DNA from: Mayamaea pseudoterrestris
Taxonomy: Eukaryota
Assembly (NCBI GenBank): GCA_027923505.1
Contig: BROI01000007.1
Location: 434,001 to 498,000 of the forward strand
Direction of reading: 5' to 3'
DNA length: 64,000 nt
The translations under genes and the position numbers were made by a program. The notes below the pieces were generated by a model, which searched no databases, was not told where the DNA came from, and was given only the letters and a program-made list of their open reading frames with translations. This document shows, piece after piece, positions 21,465 to 33,277 of this stretch. Within the stretch, counting starts at the first letter, position 1; each line of letters begins with the position of its first letter.

Positions 21465-23804
21465 ATGGTATCTGTCAGAAGACCTGGGTCTCGCCAGCCG
21501 CAGAAGTCTCTAGTAACCATAAAGAATATCTTCTTTGCTATCATATTTTTGGCGCTGGCGAATCTGCTTGTTCGAACACTATTTCCCAAACGAAATCACT
21601 TAAAGCCACCATCAGTCGGCGGAAATTCTATTCAACAATTATGGGAGGATCGACAGCAGCAACAACAATTGCGGGGACAGCATGAACCTCATGGCGTTGC
21701 AATACAAGCTGGACATCCGAAAGAACATGATGCAGCAGTCGATGCTGGCGAGCAACATTCCGATGCGCATGATGATGCTTTACACAAACAAAAGGAGGCA
21801 GACAAGAAGGACGAAAATGAAACACCAAATCATCCAGCTGATATAGATCATCATGAAGAAATGCAAATTCCAATTGACAAGGACGCTGGGCAGGCCAAGT
21901 CAGAAGATAAACCTGTTGTTGGCAAGAACAATGAACAGCAAGTTGTTTTAGACAAGCTTGGAACTGGACCAACGGCTCATGGCTATGTCATTGACTTGGT
22001 ATATGATCGAAGTCATCCAGAGTTTCGAACCAAGTCTATATCCGACAATCTATATACCAAACTAACGGATGCGGTCGAATCCTTACTGCCCAACACCAAG
22101 GTGGAAGCCTGCGAGTATTACGACGCCAGCAGCAAATCGCTCAAGCAACGAGACCATTGCAGTGATGCAGACGTTAGACTTGTTGCCTACAATGATGCCG
22201 ACTTTACTCGCTACTTGTGCGGACAAGCCATTGGACCGAATCAGGCGCTGCCACTTGTGGATGGAGCCTGCCACGAACCTTCGCACTTGTTTCAGCAGGA
22301 AATTGTACCATTGACGGGGCATGGCATGCCTCCAATACAAGTCGTCAAGTCATTGACGGATGTACCTGAGCAACAAACCTTCGAAACGGTTGATTGCGAC
22401 ATTCCCTGCGAATATGAAGCTGGTTTGGCAAATGTCGCCGACCAGTACATTGCCGGCACCAACTGGCATTTAAAAGTTTCCGCCAATGACCCTGGGACTG
22501 ACACAAATGCTCGCATTGAAAAGTCGGCCTTCAAACAAGACTTATACTATAGTACCACCTCCTTTAAGTCATCAGTTCCGCTCAGCTACTACAATGCGTC
22601 ACTGCACTCGGTGCGCAATCGACCAGCGGCAGACTGGGAGACGGCGGCCAACAAGGCTACATTTTTTGTCGACAAGAATTGCTATAGCGGAAATTCCCGA
22701 CGCATGAAGTGGGTCAACGTCGTTGGCTCGCAAATGCCAATGGAAGCATATGGCAGCTGTGGGCATACCACCAATGTTCCTGCTGGTGAAACGATTGCCA
22801 CGTTGGATGGACGCTTGAGTTTAGCAAGAAAAGGACGAATACACTTGGCTTTCGAGGAGAGTACTGAAAAGGATCATATTACTGATATTGTTTGGGAATC
22901 ACTCTTGTCGGGTGCAGTTCCCGCCGTCTTGGGGTCGGCAAATATTGCTCAATACTTGCCGCCAAACTCGGTGATAGACTCGTCGCTATTTAACGGGTGG
23001 ACCAATTATGCTGAATTTGTAAAAAGCGTAGCGGAGAACAAGACTCGCTGGGAGGCATACCATAAATGGAGGACGGATGAAGCTGCGATTGCTGCATTTG
23101 AAGCGCGAATGAACTTTACTCATACGGGAGCGCAATGTCGGACCTGTCGGTGGGCGTACTCCAAACTGTACGGTTTGGGATGGGATCACAAGCAGCAAGT
23201 CGTTCGCAATACTATCATACCACGAAGGTTATGCGTTGAAGAGACAACCGGCATGACGAGTCAACCATTTCGGGAATCCTGGGGCGCGTCGAGTGCGCCT
23301 GCGGCAGCCACGGGCGATTGCAAGAGCTTGGCGGCAGAAACTATTGTTGGCAATTTGAAGCGCACAGTAGTTCAGCATGACGGCGTGGTTGATGTCTTAA
23401 TTTCAAGCTTGTCGGATGCAGTTGCAACGGAAGATGTGGTTATTCGGATGCAGACCGGGGTGCGCAATGGCGAAGGTGCCTACTTTCCTCATACGCACAC
23501 GCTGGTAAACACAGCTAGAGGATCGCTTTATAGCAGCGCGACGATACAGGACGAGGGCTCGCGCATTACGGCTCTTGCAAGCTGGGATACGGTTATACAA
23601 AGCCTAGAAGAAGGCTCGATTGAAGTTGTTGTCCAGCAAAAGGGTGAATCCCTCCCAACGACAAGCGTTCGACGAATTCGAGTCATAACCGAGGACACTC
23701 ATCCAATACATGACAAAATGACGGAATTCTTTCCAACATCCTTTTGCAAGCGCATGATAAAAGACTTCGTCGATCCTATCGCTATGTTCTCCACGAAAGT
23801 TTAG
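21465..23804 (+). CDS. GT10 alpha-1,3/4-fucosyltransferase-like type II membrane protein
   Basis: N-terminal TM (IFFAIIFLALANLLV), then YSTTSFKSSVPLSY and HLAFEES..KDHITD.VWESLLSGAVPAVLG (GT10 motif), then YHKWR and CRTC. The start may be 21402 instead. Confidence 0.8.
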   Translation: MVSVRRPGSRQPQKSLVTIKNIFFAIIFLALANLLVRTLFPKRNHLKPPSVGGNSIQQLWEDRQQQQQLRGQHEPHGVAIQAGHPKEHDAAVDAGEQHSDAHDDALHKQKEADKKDENETPNHPADIDHHEEMQIPIDKDAGQAKSEDKPVVGKNNEQQVVLDKLGTGPTAHGYVIDLVYDRSHPEFRTKSISDNLYTKLTDAVESLLPNTKVEACEYYDASSKSLKQRDHCSDADVRLVAYNDADFTRYLCGQAIGPNQALPLVDGACHEPSHLFQQEIVPLTGHGMPPIQVVKSLTDVPEQQTFETVDCDIPCEYEAGLANVADQYIAGTNWHLKVSANDPGTDTNARIEKSAFKQDLYYSTTSFKSSVPLSYYNASLHSVRNRPAADWETAANKATFFVDKNCYSGNSRRMKWVNVVGSQMPMEAYGSCGHTTNVPAGETIATLDGRLSLARKGRIHLAFEESTEKDHITDIVWESLLSGAVPAVLGSANIAQYLPPNSVIDSSLFNGWTNYAEFVKSVAENKTRWEAYHKWRTDEAAIAAFEARMNFTHTGAQCRTCRWAYSKLYGLGWDHKQQVVRNTIIPRRLCVEETTGMTSQPFRESWGASSAPAAATGDCKSLAAETIVGNLKRTVVQHDGVVDVLISSLSDAVATEDVVIRMQTGVRNGEGAYFPHTHTLVNTARGSLYSSATIQDEGSRITALASWDTVIQSLEEGSIEVVVQQKGESLPTTSVRRIRVITEDTHPIHDKMTEFFPTSFCKRMIKDFVDPIAMFSTKV

Positions 23805-23982
23805 CCGCGCCTTTCGGACGCGGTGAAGAGCTTGTCTCTTGGATCATACCTTTATAGAATGTATTACTGTATTACAATCCGAATCTCCTACTACATTTTG
23901 ATCGTACTATATATCGGACAAGCAAGTCTTCGCAATGCTGTTCTACATCGCGCTCAAGTTATCTCGCTGATTCGCACCTTGG

Positions 23983-26207
23983 TCAGCTGGATGGATGCGC
24001 GAAGTCATCATCCATCAACCTAATTGATCTCGAGACAAAATTTGAACCCAGCTCTGCATTTCGCCATAGAAATATCCCCTTCCTCGTTACTGCATGGCGG
24101 TATTTCTGTCGCTGAGGCCCACTAGCAACAAACTCATCATTTGTAACGCAGCCCGGCAATATCGCTGCCACCTGGGAGCATCGCGTCACTTTATCCCTGT
24201 CATACTCCTCAAGAAACTTCTTGTCTCGTTCATAGGCATTCTTTGCATCCTCCCATAGCTGCGGTTTGCTTTTGTTCGTATTTTCTTCCTTCCGCTGCGC
24301 AGTGTACCGCAGAGTTCCTCGACATGTCGAAGCTCCGCAGCGGCAGGTGAATTTTTCATTGTGCAGCGTGTCGAAGTTGTAATCGTAGCTCAAGAATTCG
24401 CCTGCGTGTATATCGCGAAGTGCATAAATGCCGTTTCGCGTCACCCCATTTACATTGAACTTCGACAGAATGCAGTTAGGGGCACAAGAATGGTTTATGA
24501 ACCGACTCAGATTGGAATTGATACGAGCATCGATGAACCAGCCGGGAGCATTCGCCATAATATAAAAATTTTGATCATTGGGGTAATCCTTGGACCACTG
24601 CTGAAGCCGCTGTTCTTTCTCAGTTTCGTCGATAACTTCACCAACGTATTCCTGTATGAGATCATTCCTTTTTGCATCTTCTAAAATGACAAGTCCCCAC
24701 CCTTTCCCTTGCTCGCGCTTAACTTGACAACGAGGTACCTTGCGTAGTGACAATCGTCTATTTCCGCACAAGGGTCCAACATTGCAGTTCTTCGCTGAGC
24801 ATTCCACGTACAATAAGCGGTTAATGCATTCGTCTAAACACTGCTCTTTGCATTGACATGAGTCTGTGTATGGGACGCGTTGAGGGCCATTTCTAGCATT
24901 AACCTTGTTCGCCTGAATGTGACGGTAAGTTGGAGGCATGGCATACACGCTATCTTTGATAGTTACTGGCAAGCAAAACAATGAGCCCAGGTCCTCGCCG
25001 ATTGTGTCTACAGCTTTTTCGGCATACCGCGTCTCCAACTCATAGCGATGCCCACACAAACTGCCTCCAAAGAATGCGTTTCGACTTATCTGTGTTTTTG
25101 GAAGCCTAAATGTTTTCTTGTTCTTCGTAAAAAACTTCTCGTCAATCTTACTTTCGAGAGCGTGTTGGATTGATGACTCCGTTTCAAGGTCCGGAAGCTT
25201 GCACGTCGCTGCATGCTCATGACAAAGCATTGCAAGCTCATGCAAGCGGGCCATCGGTGGAATGCATGTAATATGGTAACTGCGAGGGCATTCAATGCAG
25301 CACTAAAGCAAAATATGACTAAATGGTGAGATCAATTTCGTATCAGATGCATCATCAATCGTCCACTTTCCCAATACGCAGCGTTACATACAAATAGGCC
25401 ACCACGCTTCGAATCATCCGCTCCCGACTTGATCTTGCTCTTCGTTTGTCTCTTCCTCTTGCCTTTCGATAGGACTTCGGTGTTGGGATTGTCTTGATTT
25501 TTGTCATGTCTGCAAGTCCAACAGTAATGAGCAGGACATTCAAACACAGGGACATCAATCGCTAAAGATCGGTTGTCATCCATCGCATCTTCTGAGGTCT
25601 CGTCTAATGATTTCCCATTGTTCGTGTAAGTGAAATCAATGCTGCGAATGGCAAGACATCCCTCATGGAAAAAGTAGCCGCAATTCTCTCGTCGACACTT
25701 GAAAACATCAATGCCATCGTTTCCGTAATCTTGGCAGATCGCGCATCGATGCCTTGAACTACTGCAGTCCAAGCAGTGAAACGGCTCATCATCCGCCGGA
25801 AGCCTCTGCAAATTGGCGCACGGATAGTGAAACAGACGCCGGCATGGACCTTCGCATAACAAGAGCTTTTCGGCGTCATCATCTTGCGCAAGCGCGCATT
25901 CCGCCTCCTTGCACTCGGCGCAAATCCATTCTTTGTCAAACTCGTTTTCAACATCGTCTCCGGTCTTTTTCCGTTTCTTGTTCGTTTTACTTCCGGGAGG
26001 AGGTGAGGGCAAATCGAAAGTTCTGATCTTGCGCACACGGCCGCGAGACGATTCCGTATAGACAAAGCGAGCTGGTGAAAGCTCCAGGTGATGAGCCGCT
26101 GCTCTGGCATTTTTGCTAGGCTCCGGAGCTTCAGCAATTTCAGGGAGCCCCTCGGCCACTGGCAGCTGGTCTTTATTTAGGTCTTCCATGGACTGTTGAG
26201 CTTCCAT
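23983..26207 (-). CDS. PHD-finger plus AWS-SET-postSET histone lysine methyltransferase (NSD/ASH1-like, probably H3K36); exons 26207-25392, 25302-23983
   Basis: Tandem PHD fingers (CAEC...CEGPCRRLFHYPC; CAIC...FHEGC; CPAHYCWTC...CIECPRSYHITC after splicing), AWS cysteines, and SET motifs GKGWG, EYVGE, RFINHSCAPNC, YDY, with post-SET CRCGASTCRG. Confidence 0.92.
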
Positions 26208-26590
26208 AGCCAAAGATTTTGCGCAGAATTGTCATGGTTCATGGTCACGGCAGGCAGGTGACGATTCTATCATCAGGTCTTACCGGTACCGAAGATCCGT
26301 CGTACCGGTTTCGCAGTATCGTCGTCGCGGCACCAACCAAAATTTCGTCGACGTGATGGCTTTTGAACACACTTTGTTCTCTCTACCCTAGTAGGCAGAT
26401 AGTCTACTCTTATCAGACTTTGTGAAAAGGATCAATTAGTCGGCAGTGTCTCCTTATGCACAGTATAGCGGATACATTGAGGTTGGAGAGAAGCGACTGC
26501 GCAGAGCATTTTGTGAGGACGAAACGTTGCGCGACAGTCAATGTCGGTCAATCATTGGCAAGGTTCTCTATTCTTTCGCTACTTATAAAA

Positions 26591-28857
26591 ATGCTTGCCA
26601 TTGCATTGCAACGTCGAAGCGTTGCGGCTTTTACTCGCCCATCCTTCAAGAGGCCTATTGTGCGAGCTTCGGTATCGTCGCATCCTCGCGTATTCCTGTC
26701 ATCATTAAATAGCAGCAAAGACAGCCCAGACGACAAGCAACGAAAGCCCAAAAAGAAGTCTAGCATCAAGAATTTTAAGATTGTCGATCAAGTTACGGAT
26801 GAACACATAAATAAGCTAGCGGCGGCGTTTGACGAGTTGGCAAAAAAGGAAGGTTTCGACAATTCAAATGCATTCTTTGCGGATGATGCCACCTTTGACG
26901 AGCCGTTTGGCGACGATGCTGACTTTGATGACGACGAGGATAACATGGATGAAAACGATGAAGAAGATGATGACATTATAGCTTCATTTGCACATGATGC
27001 GGATGGTGATATGGATGCTCGGATTGCAGCAGCGAGTCGAGACCTTGTAGGGATTGTCAAGGACAAAAAGCCTGTCGTCAAAGGCCTTACTTTCGACAAC
27101 ATGAAGGAGATTGGCTTTCGAAAGGAAAGAAATCCGTACGGCAATGACGAAACCCCACGAAAAGTGTCATATGCAGTTTTGACGAACGCCATGAGCTGTC
27201 CTGCTTGTGGTGCCGATTTCCAGTCTGCCGATGAGGGCCGTCCTGGGTTTTTGCCTCTTGAAAAGTACGAATTGCAAGTGAAACTGAGCAAACTGGAGGA
27301 GATTCGAAAACTGGACGAGAAGGCAGCAACAGCAGATTGGACAACAGAAGACGAAGTCAAATGGCTCATGCAAACCACAGGCAGTGCGTCGGTTGAAGAT
27401 GTGACTTCCAGTAGCGGCATTGCTTTCGATGACGCTGCCACCGAACTTGAGGTTGACCTAGACTCGCTTTCGACAAAAAAGAAAACTATTTGCAAACGAT
27501 GCCATGGGTTACAAAACTATGGCACTGTTGAGAATGTTCTTCGACCAGGCTGGACTGATGAGCCTCTTTTATCGCAGGAAAATTTTCGCAAACTCCTCGA
27601 TCCCCTCTCTGAAAAGCCCGCTGTAATTCTTGCGCTAATCGACTTGTTTGACTTTACAGGATCAATATTGCCTGAGTTAGATGAAATTGCTGGCGACAAC
27701 CCAGTCATTCTTGTGGCAAACAAGGTCGACCTTTTGCCTTCGGCAATGGGCTTCGTGAGAGCAGAGAATTGGGTGAGACGAGAGTTGGAGTATTACGGCG
27801 TGAGATCCTTGGCTAACATTGGCGGTGCTGTCCAGCTTGTTAGCTGCAAGACTGGGTTTGGCATGGATAAAATGATGGCGAAAGCGAGATCGCTTGCAGC
27901 CGACATGAATTGCGACATCTATCTAGTGGGAGCGGCGAATGCTGGTACGTACTGGCGATCTAAATATTTCGTTAAGTGCAGCGCATCTCTCACCCACTTG
28001 CTTCGATATACAGGTAAATCGACTTTGTTGAACCGCATTGTTGATTGGCGAAGCAGTGACGACCAAGAACCTGTAAAGAAACGGGCGGGTAACCGGAACA
28101 TGCGAAAGGGATCAGTTACGACAAGTCCCCTGCCTGGAACGACCTTAAAATTTATTGAAGTGGACCTTGGAGACGGACAAAAAATAATTGACACACCTGG
28201 ATTACTGGTCAATGGTACACTGACTCAGTTACTCACACCCGAGGAACTAAAAGTTGTCGTTCCTCAGAGGTACGTCGACAATGGGGCTTGGAGATTGCTA
28301 CTCTGCTGCTCGTCTAACACCTCGTTTCTACTACACGTTTCAGGAAAGTTGAGCCTATCACATTTCGTGTTGTTGCTGGAAAATGCGTGTTAATTGGCGG
28401 TTTGGCTCGCGTCGAGGTGATTGGTGACTCGAAACCGTTTCTATTTACCTTCTTTGTTGCAAATCAGATCAAACTGCACCCGACGGACGCTTCAAGGGCC
28501 GACGACTTCATCTTAGCTCACGCAGGAGGCATGCTGACACCGCCATTATCACCTGGCCCTGAACGAATGGAGGCATTGGGTAAATTTGAAGAACATGTAC
28601 TGACAATCGACGGCATGGGATGGAAAGAGGCTGCCGCAGACATCAGCTTAACTGGTCTAGGGTGGGTGGCTGTCACTGGAGTGGGGCAGGCTACCGTAAA
28701 AATATCTGTTCCAAAGGGCATTGGGGTGTCCGTGCGCCCACCACTGATGCCATTTGATATATGGGAAAGCGCTGCAAGTTATACTGGAAGCAGAGCGGTG
28801 CGGAAGGTTTCGAGAAAGGGGGGCGGGAAACGTCGAAAAGGCGTGGGTCGGAACTAA
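26591..28857 (+). CDS. YqeH/NOA1/BPG2-family circularly permuted GTPase, organelle-targeted; introns 27945-28013 and 28270-28343
   Basis: Zn motif CPACG...CKRC, G4 NKVD, G1 GAANAG|KST, G2 PGTT, G3 DTPG, and C-terminal GGLAR and DISLTGLGW. The N-terminus resembles a transit peptide. Confidence 0.92.
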
Positions 28858-29389
28858 TCCTGCTGACCACAAAGTACAGCATGAACACCGACTGATGCCC
28901 CGAGTTGACACTGTTGGACACGACGATTCCTTTTTGCGTGGAAGGTTTACTGAGTCACCACAAGTTGAATGCGGTTGCGCGGGCATTGAATCACTTGGGG
29001 ATGAAAGTATGCGTAGTAATTGCGCCCTGAAATTCATAGCGTACAGTACTTGCACCCATATCGGAGGAGTAGCGATGTAGTTTTTTTAAACAGTTACCTA
29101 GAGCTGGAGAGATGCTTTAAGTGCGTGTATAGTAATTTCCGTGGAAGCGTGTTGTGCCGTGGAATGTTACTTCTTTCAAATGTGCAGTTATCGTAGGCAA
29201 CTCCGTTTTGGTCCACGTGGTACGAATGCGCAAGAGCAGAGGTGCGGTTGTCATTGTAGCCTTTGCACTCGACTCCGACAATGGGAGTACAACACGGATC
29301 GTGCTAGTCGGACGCCACGCCTTGGTTCAAACTTTGCTCACAAATCATAGAATTTCGGTCAGCCTACGCCACCGCCATCTTGTCCAGCC

Positions 29390-30577
29390 ATGCGCCTCTA
29401 CAACCCTTATCAATGCACACTCGTCGCGACACCACTCGCAAAGAAGCAGTTCACGCCGAAAAGCTTTTTACCTACGCCAGGGGCAAGCCTTTCGCCAATG
29501 AGAGCAAGCCGACAGCCAACAAGCCTATCGCGAGCCAAGCCACTTCGAGCAAGCTTTGACTCTGCATGTGGTCAAAGTCGCGAAACGGCATCGACCGCGT
29601 CGACAAAATCATACGAAGACTTTCAGCCACGCTTTGCATCTCCATTGCTTCCCAAGTCTAGTACCTTTCGCCAACAGTGCCAGAGCCCCGTGCCACAAAT
29701 GAGTACCTGCAGTCGTTTGATGGTTCACCAGGCCGGTGGCACTTCAGGAGCTCCCAACGAAAAATATGCATCCCCGAAGTTGTTCACGGAGTTTCATTTT
29801 GACATCGACAGTGAGAAGGAAGCATCGGACTCACCATTCGGCGCAACGTCAAGCATATACTCGATTGACAACCCGCCTCCCAGTTTTGACATTGAAATGG
29901 ACATGCAGAGCATTTCAGAAGCAATCAACGATGGTACACTTGATGCAAGTATGTTCAAAGTCGCTGCTCAAAAGGACCACTCAACTTGCTCATCGCCGAC
30001 CCTGTCGTCGCGTTCTTCATCGACGTGTTTCAAAAATTACCATGGAGTAAAAACTGGCTCGCCCGTGTTTAGCCCACCAGTGAAGAAGAATGGGCTAAGC
30101 GCCTCATATATCAGTGAATTGTCACCTAGTTTGAAAAAAGCCTGCCAGTCGGAGCGTCGCCAAAGCTCATCAAGCGATTCTTGGCGTGGAAACGAATCAA
30201 TGACTGACATGAGAGCCTCTCCCGAGCTCGATGTTTCCATTCAGGAAGATTCTTTGCGTTCGCAAGGAATGATGGAACCGGACTCTGCGTGGGCTGCATT
30301 TCCAGAACAATATGCCGTCCAGGAATCATCGGGAGACGCTCATTCCCCTGTGTTATTGACACAGCCGACCGACGAGACATCGGACAACATGCCACATTCC
30401 TTGGGTTGCCACGCTGTATGTCAGGCCACTTCGTTCGAATCATCATTCAACTGTGTCAAGGAGGGAGAGTCCATTGTCATTATGATCCATCGCAAGGATC
30501 CAGCGAACGGCATGAGTTCCATGCGGTCTTTCTTTCGCGATGAGCGCGGGCGTTGGTCCAAGTTTGAGTCGGCCTAG
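29390..30577 (+). CDS. Hypothetical Ser-rich, probably disordered protein
   Basis: 395-aa ORF filling the gap before the convergent DPH6 stop; no domain recognised. Confidence 0.65.
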   Translation: MRLYNPYQCTLVATPLAKKQFTPKSFLPTPGASLSPMRASRQPTSLSRAKPLRASFDSACGQSRETASTASTKSYEDFQPRFASPLLPKSSTFRQQCQSPVPQMSTCSRLMVHQAGGTSGAPNEKYASPKLFTEFHFDIDSEKEASDSPFGATSSIYSIDNPPPSFDIEMDMQSISEAINDGTLDASMFKVAAQKDHSTCSSPTLSSRSSSTCFKNYHGVKTGSPVFSPPVKKNGLSASYISELSPSLKKACQSERRQSSSSDSWRGNESMTDMRASPELDVSIQEDSLRSQGMMEPDSAWAAFPEQYAVQESSGDAHSPVLLTQPTDETSDNMPHSLGCHAVCQATSFESSFNCVKEGESIVIMIHRKDPANGMSSMRSFFRDERGRWSKFESA

Positions 30578-30616
30578 TCAGGAAAGATGAAGCAAGTTTA
30601 TGTCTTGTTAATTAAC

Positions 30617-33124
30617 TCAGTTGCGGTCACGGATCCAGAGCTCAGTTTCCAAGTTTGTAGGATCCATAACTATATTGGCTCGTATAGCAAGTAATATCTG
30701 AGCATCCGTATCTTCGCTTTTGTTTTGCATTAGAATTAAATGTAGCCCACTAACTGGTATGATTGAGATGCTTGGAAGGCGGCTGGTACAAGCAAAGCAA
30801 GTAGAGATGACTGAATGAAAAGCGGATCGAATGCTAGCCCCATCATTACTTGCTGACTCAGCCCCGCTTGACACAACATAATACAGTCGAAGTTGTAACA
30901 CATCTGCAAGGTCTGGTATCGTACTCGAGCTCTGGCTCATACGTGACAGTTGTTCAATCATACTGCCCAGCACAAGCTCTGCATCTATATCAATACTCTT
31001 TATATCGTTATTGAAGGAGGCTGTCACGAGGCATGATCCGATGACACCGCGTCCCAAAGAGACCCAACAGGCGTCAATATGTATCTCATCCCTAACCGGG
31101 CGTGGATCGGCAGGCGGATCGTAACCTACCCACTGATCACCACATGAAATATCTTCAGATACAAGCGCGCAGCGGTTTGCTCCTCTGGTGACTATTATTG
31201 GACACGATAAGACGGAAATTTTTGTGGCAGCGACGATTTCGACCTCGGCCAATGCATTGACCGGCAATTCGGGAACTGAAACCACCAGCAAAGGACACAT
31301 AGTAGTCGAAAAGCTCTCAGTGCCATCATCACTTTCATGCATGCATTCTAACATGGTTCCTTCATCTTCGTAGCCATGAAAGGAATCTGTCCGGAAGCTG
31401 CCATCAATCGCGCCTGCAGCGACACCGCCGTTCATCCTCATTTGCTGCAAGCTGATTGCTTCAATCTCATTCAGTGCACCACTCTCTTGCAAAACGTCGT
31501 CCGTTACGTATATGATTCCAGCTATCAAATGTTCGAGCGATCCATTCTTGACTGCATCAAGCACGCGAGCGGCGTTGATCCACGCTTGTTCGAGTTGCTC
31601 GGTCCACGTGGAGCGAAGCGTCATTGTTTCGGGCCGCAATCCAATTTGTCCAGCAACAAAACTCACTGCACTTCGATACGTATTGACTTGACTATACGGA
31701 CCAACACAGACGGGCGCCCAATACGAAATGGATTGTACATGAAGCACTTGGCGTAGCTGCGTACTCTTGTTTGCCAATGCAACCTTGGCGTAGTAGTTGT
31801 CAGCATCTTGCTGGCCTGCAGCGGCTGCTCGCATGTAAGAACCACTCCCAACCTGCACAATGCAGTCGAGAACAACGCGACGTCCACCAGGTAGCCTGTT
31901 TCTGCCGACGCCAATGCATGATCGCGACGGAGGAAGCATCGTCCCAAAGAATTCGCGATATTGCTGATTGATGGCCGCGAATAACGACATCTCCGACAAG
32001 TAAAGATTGACCATCATGACGTCCTGGGCAGTAACACCTTGAGCCGCCAAAACTTTTGACAAGGTTGCAAAAATGTCCAGCACTTCCATCACCGCCAGCT
32101 CCGAGTCGGAAGTCTCAGCAGCAGTCAAGTGAGCGGCTGAGGACGCCATGATTTCGGAGACGTGAAACAATCCGCCCGCCGCTCGACATGCTCTGGGTAG
32201 CACGTTCATAGTCATGCCTGGTGTCTCCGCCGTCACATTTATGACAGGCTGAAGATTTTGCTGGGTAGTAACATCGTCCAAGGCATCTGTCCGTACTTCG
32301 TCGTCTACAGCTGCATCATTTTTAGCTTCGGCATGACACGAACGTATATTTAAAACGGCAACACCATCATTTTCATCCTCAATAACTTCAATCTCATCCA
32401 AAACAAGTCGCTTTTTGTACAGCGGACAATCCAAAACTAGCGTTTCATACTCTCCACCTTCTCCACAGACGGAAAACTGATACTTGTCGTACAATCGACC
32501 AAAAAGTGGTTCAAGCTGGGACAAACTCTTGTTCAAATGCATTGCCGTCAAACCGGGCGGAGCCGCGACCCGCACCAGGACGGCGTGGATCTTTGCTTGA
32601 ATCATGCGTTGCAGCAAATGCTGCTGAGTATCACGTCGCCATAGTAGCGACAAGGAAGTCAAGTTGAGGCGACTGCAAACATTTTCAATGCGCACGCGCT
32701 GGTAGGTGGAGAGAATTGCGCCACTTGAAACGGCTTGCATTTCTGGAAAGCGTTCGCGAGCCGTAGCTAATGCTTGGTACAAGTCCTCAACTTCGTCAAT
32801 GGTTGATGTGTCGTTGCTGTTGTTCTTGTCGTGTTGATTTTCACCATGATGCGCATTTTGTAGCTGATTGTCTCCATCATAAACCAAGGACGTATTCACA
32901 CTCTTTCCAACTCGCTCATGCAGAATCAGCGGCACTCCCAAGCATTCTTCAACTAGTACTTTTATGCATTCCGATCCAGCCGTTTGATACATGTATGACT
33001 CTTCAGTTTCATCCCTTGGCCGACCCAAGTGCACGCAGGCTAGCAGCTCATGGCCAAGCTTGGTCGCCTCCATGATGGAGAAGATGGAATCCTTGCCACC
33101 GGAAACTAGCGCGACAAACTTCAT
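30617..33124 (-). CDS. DPH6: Diphthine--ammonia ligase with C-terminal RidA/YjgF-like domains
   Basis: MKFVALVSGGKDS PP-loop, SYMYQT, VSSGAILSTYQRVRIENVCSRL, CGEGGEYETLVLDCP, and LHVQSISYWAP..GPYSQ. Confidence 0.95.
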   Translation of the reverse strand: MKFVALVSGGKDSIFSIMEATKLGHELLACVHLGRPRDETEESYMYQTAGSECIKVLVEECLGVPLILHERVGKSVNTSLVYDGDNQLQNAHHGENQHDKNNSNDTSTIDEVEDLYQALATARERFPEMQAVSSGAILSTYQRVRIENVCSRLNLTSLSLLWRRDTQQHLLQRMIQAKIHAVLVRVAAPPGLTAMHLNKSLSQLEPLFGRLYDKYQFSVCGEGGEYETLVLDCPLYKKRLVLDEIEVIEDENDGVAVLNIRSCHAEAKNDAAVDDEVRTDALDDVTTQQNLQPVINVTAETPGMTMNVLPRACRAAGGLFHVSEIMASSAAHLTAAETSDSELAVMEVLDIFATLSKVLAAQGVTAQDVMMVNLYLSEMSLFAAINQQYREFFGTMLPPSRSCIGVGRNRLPGGRRVVLDCIVQVGSGSYMRAAAAGQQDADNYYAKVALANKSTQLRQVLHVQSISYWAPVCVGPYSQVNTYRSAVSFVAGQIGLRPETMTLRSTWTEQLEQAWINAARVLDAVKNGSLEHLIAGIIYVTDDVLQESGALNEIEAISLQQMRMNGGVAAGAIDGSFRTDSFHGYEDEGTMLECMHESDDGTESFSTTMCPLLVVSVPELPVNALAEVEIVAATKISVLSCPIIVTRGANRCALVSEDISCGDQWVGYDPPADPRPVRDEIHIDACWVSLGRGVIGSCLVTASFNNDIKSIDIDAELVLGSMIEQLSRMSQSSSTIPDLADVLQLRLYYVVSSGAESASNDGASIRSAFHSVISTCFACTSRLPSISIIPVSGLHLILMQNKSEDTDAQILLAIRANIVMDPTNLETELWIRDRN

Positions 33125-33277
33125 AATGAAATGAGTAATTTATTATTCTGGTTGTGTAGGACGAGGATCTTAACTGAGTCGAACGCTGGTTCGGCAAATG
33201 TCGCGATCCTCCATGGTGAAGCAAGCCGAGGTCGATGAGCGCAACGCTGCGACGCGCCGTCTTTCGCAAATAATTTG

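Noticed and set aside
23983..26207. Functional link between the SET methyltransferase gene and the nearby repeat block
   Set aside because: Proximity only; a trans-acting enzyme needs no linkage to its substrate.
30617..32200. RidA/YjgF domains fused to DPH6 as a novelty
   Set aside because: This is the known architecture of fungal and plant Dph6.
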